Source: an uncultured Desulfosarcina sp. (GTDB taxonomy: Bacteria > Desulfobacterota > Desulfobacteria > Desulfobacterales > JAFDCJ01). From it: 64,000 bases of DNA. A program made the translations under genes and the position numbers. The stretch lies in the NCBI GenBank assembly GCA_964435765.1, contig CAYTBC010000001.1, positions 18,547 to 82,546 of the forward strand, written 5' to 3'. Numbering within the stretch: the stretch's first letter is position 1; each line of letters opens with the position of its first letter. The notes under the pieces are model-generated. The model did not search any database. It was given only the letters and a program-made list of their open reading frames with translations, and had not been told where the DNA came from. Shown in pieces: positions 60,245 to 64,000 of the stretch.

Positions 60245-61687
60245 TCAAAAGTTTGACAGTCTAAAGCTGGCCGTCTTTGAGCCGGCGGTGTCCCGGCGCG
60301 CCGCATGATCCGGATTGCAGCTTCGGCATGGCAAAAAGTTTTGCGCTTCGGCTTCCTGACTACTGGCAAATTGGATGATGTTGTCAGGCTTTATTTTCCG
60401 GGACCACTTACAATCCATATCGTGGTAAACATCGGAATTTTTATTAGCGACAAATTGCGCCGCACGTGTCGGCGCAGCATTGCCGTCAATGGTCGCGGCG
60501 GCAGTTTGATCTGAAGTTGTGATTGGCGGTCCTGCGCCAAGGGTCTTGGGGGGAAAAAGAAGCTCGACCAGCCGCCGCATGGATCCCGGCTCAATATCAT
60601 GGGGCACTTTTCTGCCACGGCTCAGGAAAGAAAGCGGCAGTTTGGATCTTATCAGCAAATTGACAATGTTGCCGAACGTGCTGCTTTCATCAATTCGGGT
60701 AAACATTATTCGCTGGGCGCCGATTTCTTTAAATTTATCAGCGGCGGCATTCAGATCTTTTTCTTTGGTGGTGGCACTGACCACAAGATGGATTTGCACC
60801 TCGGGCAACTTGGCGATATTAGCTTTAAGTTCAAGGACTTGCCGCTGATCCGCAGGGTTGATGCCGGGGGTGTCGATAAAAATGATGTTTTTATTCTTAA
60901 ATGTCTTGACGGCCTGCTTAAGTTCGGCCGGATTGACGGCGGTTTCCAGTGGAATCCCGCTGATGCGTGCATAGGTTCTAAGCTGCTCGTTGGCGGCAAT
61001 GCCATAATTGTCAAGCGTTATCAGGGCAACGCCCTTCCTGTATCGGTTGGCCTGAATGGATGCCAGTTTGCAAATCGAAGTGGTTTTACCCACACCGGTG
61101 GTGCCGATCACGGCGAATATTCGAGGTTGACCGGCTGAAAATGCATCGCCGTCAATCCCGACGCCCATTTCTTCCAAAATCGTGGCGAGATGTTCGCTGA
61201 TGTCACCCTGTACCAGGAGTTCCGGTGAGGCCGGGACGCCTTTAATTTCATCGATGAGTTTGGAAGCGATGCCGCGGTCGATTTCCTGGGCCAATATCTG
61301 CTGATACAAAGCGGACAGCGTTCGGCTGCCACCCCGGACATCCCTATTCCTGCGAGCACGCTGCACCGTTGATGGGCGGCCGGGGTCCGGATCGGCATCG
61401 ACCCGTGGTTCATCTTTGGGCCGCACCGAATCCGCGTAGGCAGATTGGCCGTTTTTTAATTTGGAATAAATGTCTTGGGCAGGGGCCGGACTTGCGCCGG
61501 CGGATCCCTGCGGCTGTTTGTCGATGGCCGCTGTAACCTCCACCCCTGCAAATCGCATCGAACCGAAAAACCCCTTTCCTTTTCTGAGGGTGCGGGCCGA
61601 CAAAATGATCGCATCCGGGCCGAGTTCGCCCTTTATCATGCGCAATGCCGCCGTCATATTTTTTGCTTCAAACCTTTTGATTTGCAT
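60245..61687 (-). CDS. flhF: SRP-type GTPase FlhF with an extra C-terminal Ada-like Zn-binding domain
   Basis: MQIKRF..ELGPDAIIL, GTTGVGKTT, DTPG; C-terminal YH..C..F.S..EA....PC..C. Confidence 0.9.
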   Translation of the reverse strand: MQIKRFEAKNMTAALRMIKGELGPDAIILSARTLRKGKGFFGSMRFAGVEVTAAIDKQPQGSAGASPAPAQDIYSKLKNGQSAYADSVRPKDEPRVDADPDPGRPSTVQRARRNRDVRGGSRTLSALYQQILAQEIDRGIASKLIDEIKGVPASPELLVQGDISEHLATILEEMGVGIDGDAFSAGQPRIFAVIGTTGVGKTTSICKLASIQANRYRKGVALITLDNYGIAANEQLRTYARISGIPLETAVNPAELKQAVKTFKNKNIIFIDTPGINPADQRQVLELKANIAKLPEVQIHLVVSATTKEKDLNAAADKFKEIGAQRIMFTRIDESSTFGNIVNLLIRSKLPLSFLSRGRKVPHDIEPGSMRRLVELLFPPKTLGAGPPITTSDQTAAATIDGNAAPTRAAQFVANKNSDVYHDMDCKWSRKIKPDNIIQFASSQEAEAQNFLPCRSCNPDHAARRDTAGSKTASFRLSNF

Positions 61688-63788
61688 CGGTCAGCTCCAA
61701 GGTTCCGAGGGATTGAATATCAATATTATTTAAGATCTCATCGTAGGACAACACCGTGACGTTGGGTATAAACTGATCCACGAGTTTTTTGAAATAGCCT
61801 CTGATGTGCGCCGAGCAGACGACCACCGGTTGATAATTCGCGGATGCGCTTTTTTCTAGTGATTTTGCCAGATTGCTTATGATTTTCTGGGCTACATTGG
61901 GATCGAGCGCAAACAGGCTGCCTTTATCCGTTGATTGGACGGCAGCCGCGATGGCCGACTCCACACTGTGATCCAGAGTCAGAACCGGCAGCTTTCCTTC
62001 ACGGGTCAGGTACATTTTTGAAATTGTTCTGGCCAGGGCCTGACGCACATATTCAGTCAGAAGATCCAGATCCTTGGTCACCGGGGCCCAGTCAGCCAGA
62101 GTTTCCATGATTGCCAACAGATCGCGAATCGGAACCTGCTCTTTTAATAAATTCTGGAGCACCTTTACCACCCCGCCCAGGGGCAGCAGATGGGGCACCA
62201 ATTCTTCGACGACTTTGGGATGGGACTGCTTGAGATTGTCCAGAAGTTTTTGGACCTCCTGCCGGCCGAGAAATTCGGGCCCGTGGCGCTTGATGATTTC
62301 AGAGAAGTGCGTCGTCATGACTGTGGCCAAGTCCACAACGGTATACCCTTTGGACAGCGCGTTTTCTTTGGCACTTTCCTTGATCCAGAGCGCCGGCAGG
62401 CCGTAAGTCGGTTCGGTCGTAGCAATGCCGTCGATCTCTTCGTCGACGTTTCCCGGGTTCATGGCCAGGCAGCAATTGGTCATCAGGTCTCCTCGGGCGA
62501 TCTCATTGCCCTTGAGCAAAATGGTATATTGTCCGGGTTTCAACTGCATGTTGTCCTGAATATGAACCGGCGGCACAATAATACCGATCTCATTGGCAAT
62601 CTGGCGCCGGATGGATTTGATGCGTCCCAGCAATTCTCCGTCCTGCTCCGCATCCACCAGCGGTATCAGACCGTATCCCACTTCAATGGCCAGGGTATCC
62701 AGCAGCGGCAGGGAATCCAGGTGTTCGACCGGAACGGCTTTTTCCTCAAGCTGTTGCGCCGCTTGATCCTCCTGAATGCGCATCCGGGTTGCCCGGTGCA
62801 GAACGAACGTCAGACCCCCGGCCGCGGCTGCCAATGTCCAAAATGGGATCAGAGGCAGCCCTGGAATGATGCCGAAGCCAAAAAGCACAATCGCCGTAAT
62901 TCCAATTGCGCGCGGCTGAAGCAGAATTTGAGAGGTGATTTCCTCACCCAGGTTTGACTCGGCGCCGGCCCGGCTGACGATGATGCCGGCCGAAGTTGAA
63001 ACAATCAGCGCCGGAATCTGGGTGACCAACCCATCGCCGATGGTCAGCAAGGTATAGGTCTGGGCAGCACTGCCGAAGCTCATCTTGTTTTGAAAGACGC
63101 CGATGGCCAGGCCGCCGATAATATTGGTCAGGGTGATAATAATACCGGCAACGGCGTCTCCGCGCACAAATTTATTGGCTCCATCCATGGCGCCATAGTA
63201 CTCGGCTTCTTTGGCAATCTCTTGGCGGCGCGCCCGCGCCTCCTGGTCATTGATCAGCCCAGCATTCAGATCGGCGTCAATGCTCATTTGCTTGCCGGGC
63301 ATAGCATCTAGGGTAAACCTGGCGGCCACTTCCGCAATTCGGCCGGCACCCTTGGTGATCACCATAAAATTGATGACCACTAAAATGACAAATATGATGA
63401 TGCCGACCAGATAGTTTCCGCCCACGACAAAGCTGCCGAAGGCCTGAATCACCTTGCCGGCGGCCGTGACGCCCTCATTGCCGTGAATTAAAATAATGCG
63501 GGTGGAAGCGACATTGAGCGACAATCGGAAGAGCGTGACCAGCAGCAAAATCGATGGAAAAGCCGATAAGTCCAAAGGGCGCAGGGTGTACATCGAGGCC
63601 AGCAGGATGATGAGCGCAAAGGTGATGTTAAATGATAACAGCAGATCCAGCAGCACCGCCGGCAAGGGGATCACCATAAAAACCAGGATGCCCACTACGG
63701 CCACCGCGATGGAAATATCGCTGTTTTTCGTGAATGCCGGGATCTTCCCTCTGTATTGAACTCGTTCTGCTGCGGTCATAATTCTCAT
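61668..63788 (-). CDS. flhA: Flagellar export gate protein FlhA
   Basis: FPSILL..TLFRLSLNVASTR, RFTLDAMPGKQMSIDADL, GAMDGA.KFVRGD. Confidence 0.98.
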   Translation of the reverse strand: MRIMTAAERVQYRGKIPAFTKNSDISIAVAVVGILVFMVIPLPAVLLDLLLSFNITFALIILLASMYTLRPLDLSAFPSILLLVTLFRLSLNVASTRIILIHGNEGVTAAGKVIQAFGSFVVGGNYLVGIIIFVILVVINFMVITKGAGRIAEVAARFTLDAMPGKQMSIDADLNAGLINDQEARARRQEIAKEAEYYGAMDGANKFVRGDAVAGIIITLTNIIGGLAIGVFQNKMSFGSAAQTYTLLTIGDGLVTQIPALIVSTSAGIIVSRAGAESNLGEEITSQILLQPRAIGITAIVLFGFGIIPGLPLIPFWTLAAAAGGLTFVLHRATRMRIQEDQAAQQLEEKAVPVEHLDSLPLLDTLAIEVGYGLIPLVDAEQDGELLGRIKSIRRQIANEIGIIVPPVHIQDNMQLKPGQYTILLKGNEIARGDLMTNCCLAMNPGNVDEEIDGIATTEPTYGLPALWIKESAKENALSKGYTVVDLATVMTTHFSEIIKRHGPEFLGRQEVQKLLDNLKQSHPKVVEELVPHLLPLGGVVKVLQNLLKEQVPIRDLLAIMETLADWAPVTKDLDLLTEYVRQALARTISKMYLTREGKLPVLTLDHSVESAIAAAVQSTDKGSLFALDPNVAQKIISNLAKSLEKSASANYQPVVVCSAHIRGYFKKLVDQFIPNVTVLSYDEILNNIDIQSLGTLELTDANQKV

Positions 63789-63790
63789 TT

Positions 63791-63962
63791 AGTGATGAGT
63801 GCTGGGGACTGAGGACTGAGCGTGTCGCTGCTTCCATCGCCCGAATTCTCTCTAACCCATTCCCCAGTCCTCGTTACTCAGTCCTGATAAGTTTCTTTCT
63901 TTCAACACTTGTCCGCCTCGGGTGGATTCGACATTCAGTATTCGATATTTCATATTCGCTTT
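63791..63962. repeat. Intergenic composite repeat, copy 3
   Basis: Same arms and spacer as copy 2; same TTCG tract and 17-nt cassette as copy 1. Confidence 0.85.
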
Positions 63963-63966
63963 TTTC

Positions 63967-64000
63967 TTAGGCGGTGCCGTACATCCCCTTGAGGCGGTAC
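63967..64000 (-). CDS. flhB: 3' end of FlhB (partial, at window edge)
   Basis: YRLKGMYGTA* directly upstream of flhA; resembles the FlhB (A)YVYRLK tail. Confidence 0.65.
   Translation of the reverse strand, partial: YRLKGMYGTA

Noticed and set aside
59488-60264. 258-aa plus-strand ORF (similarly 62190-62957 and 45519-46181)
   Set aside because: Antisense to well-supported flhG, flhA and HDOD genes.

Overview
Chromosomal window, most likely from a Desulfobacterota (Desulfobacterales-like) bacterium, judging from gene content and protein style. The left 26 kb is housekeeping: dtd, dacB, folE2, ttcA, rpoZ, greA, asd, psd, tsaB, lon, pilD, a korDABC-type 2-oxoacid:ferredoxin oxidoreductase, mltG, a PAS-GGDEF-EAL gene, nagZ, tsaD, purM, hom, thrH, hldE and tRNA-fMet. 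A mixed accessory/signalling block follows (26.7-41 kb). The rest is a minus-strand flagellar cluster (flhB end, flhA, flhF, flhG, fliA, flgFGAHIJN, flgKL) with a chemosensory cluster (cheA, cheR, cheD, two HDOD genes, a cheY remnant, cheB) inserted between flgN and flgK. Main observations: (1) an unannotated ~85-nt candidate sRNA at ~40112-40197 with a full sigma54 promoter layout (enhancer-like sites, IHF site, -24/-12 box), an anti-Shine-Dalgarno hairpin loop and an intrinsic terminator; (2) candidate c-di-GMP-binding motifs in unexpected proteins (MshEN-like repeats in CheA; YNGPERR in a sigma54 activator and in a small Arg-rich protein); (3) a chemosensory operon that has lost cheY and carries duplicated HDOD genes; (4) domain additions to FlhF, FlgL and FlgK; (5) several intergenic micro-repeats, including a 156-bp MITE with TTA target duplication and a 17-nt cassette nested in heptamer arrays. 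All calls were made by eye from sequence motifs; no database search was run.
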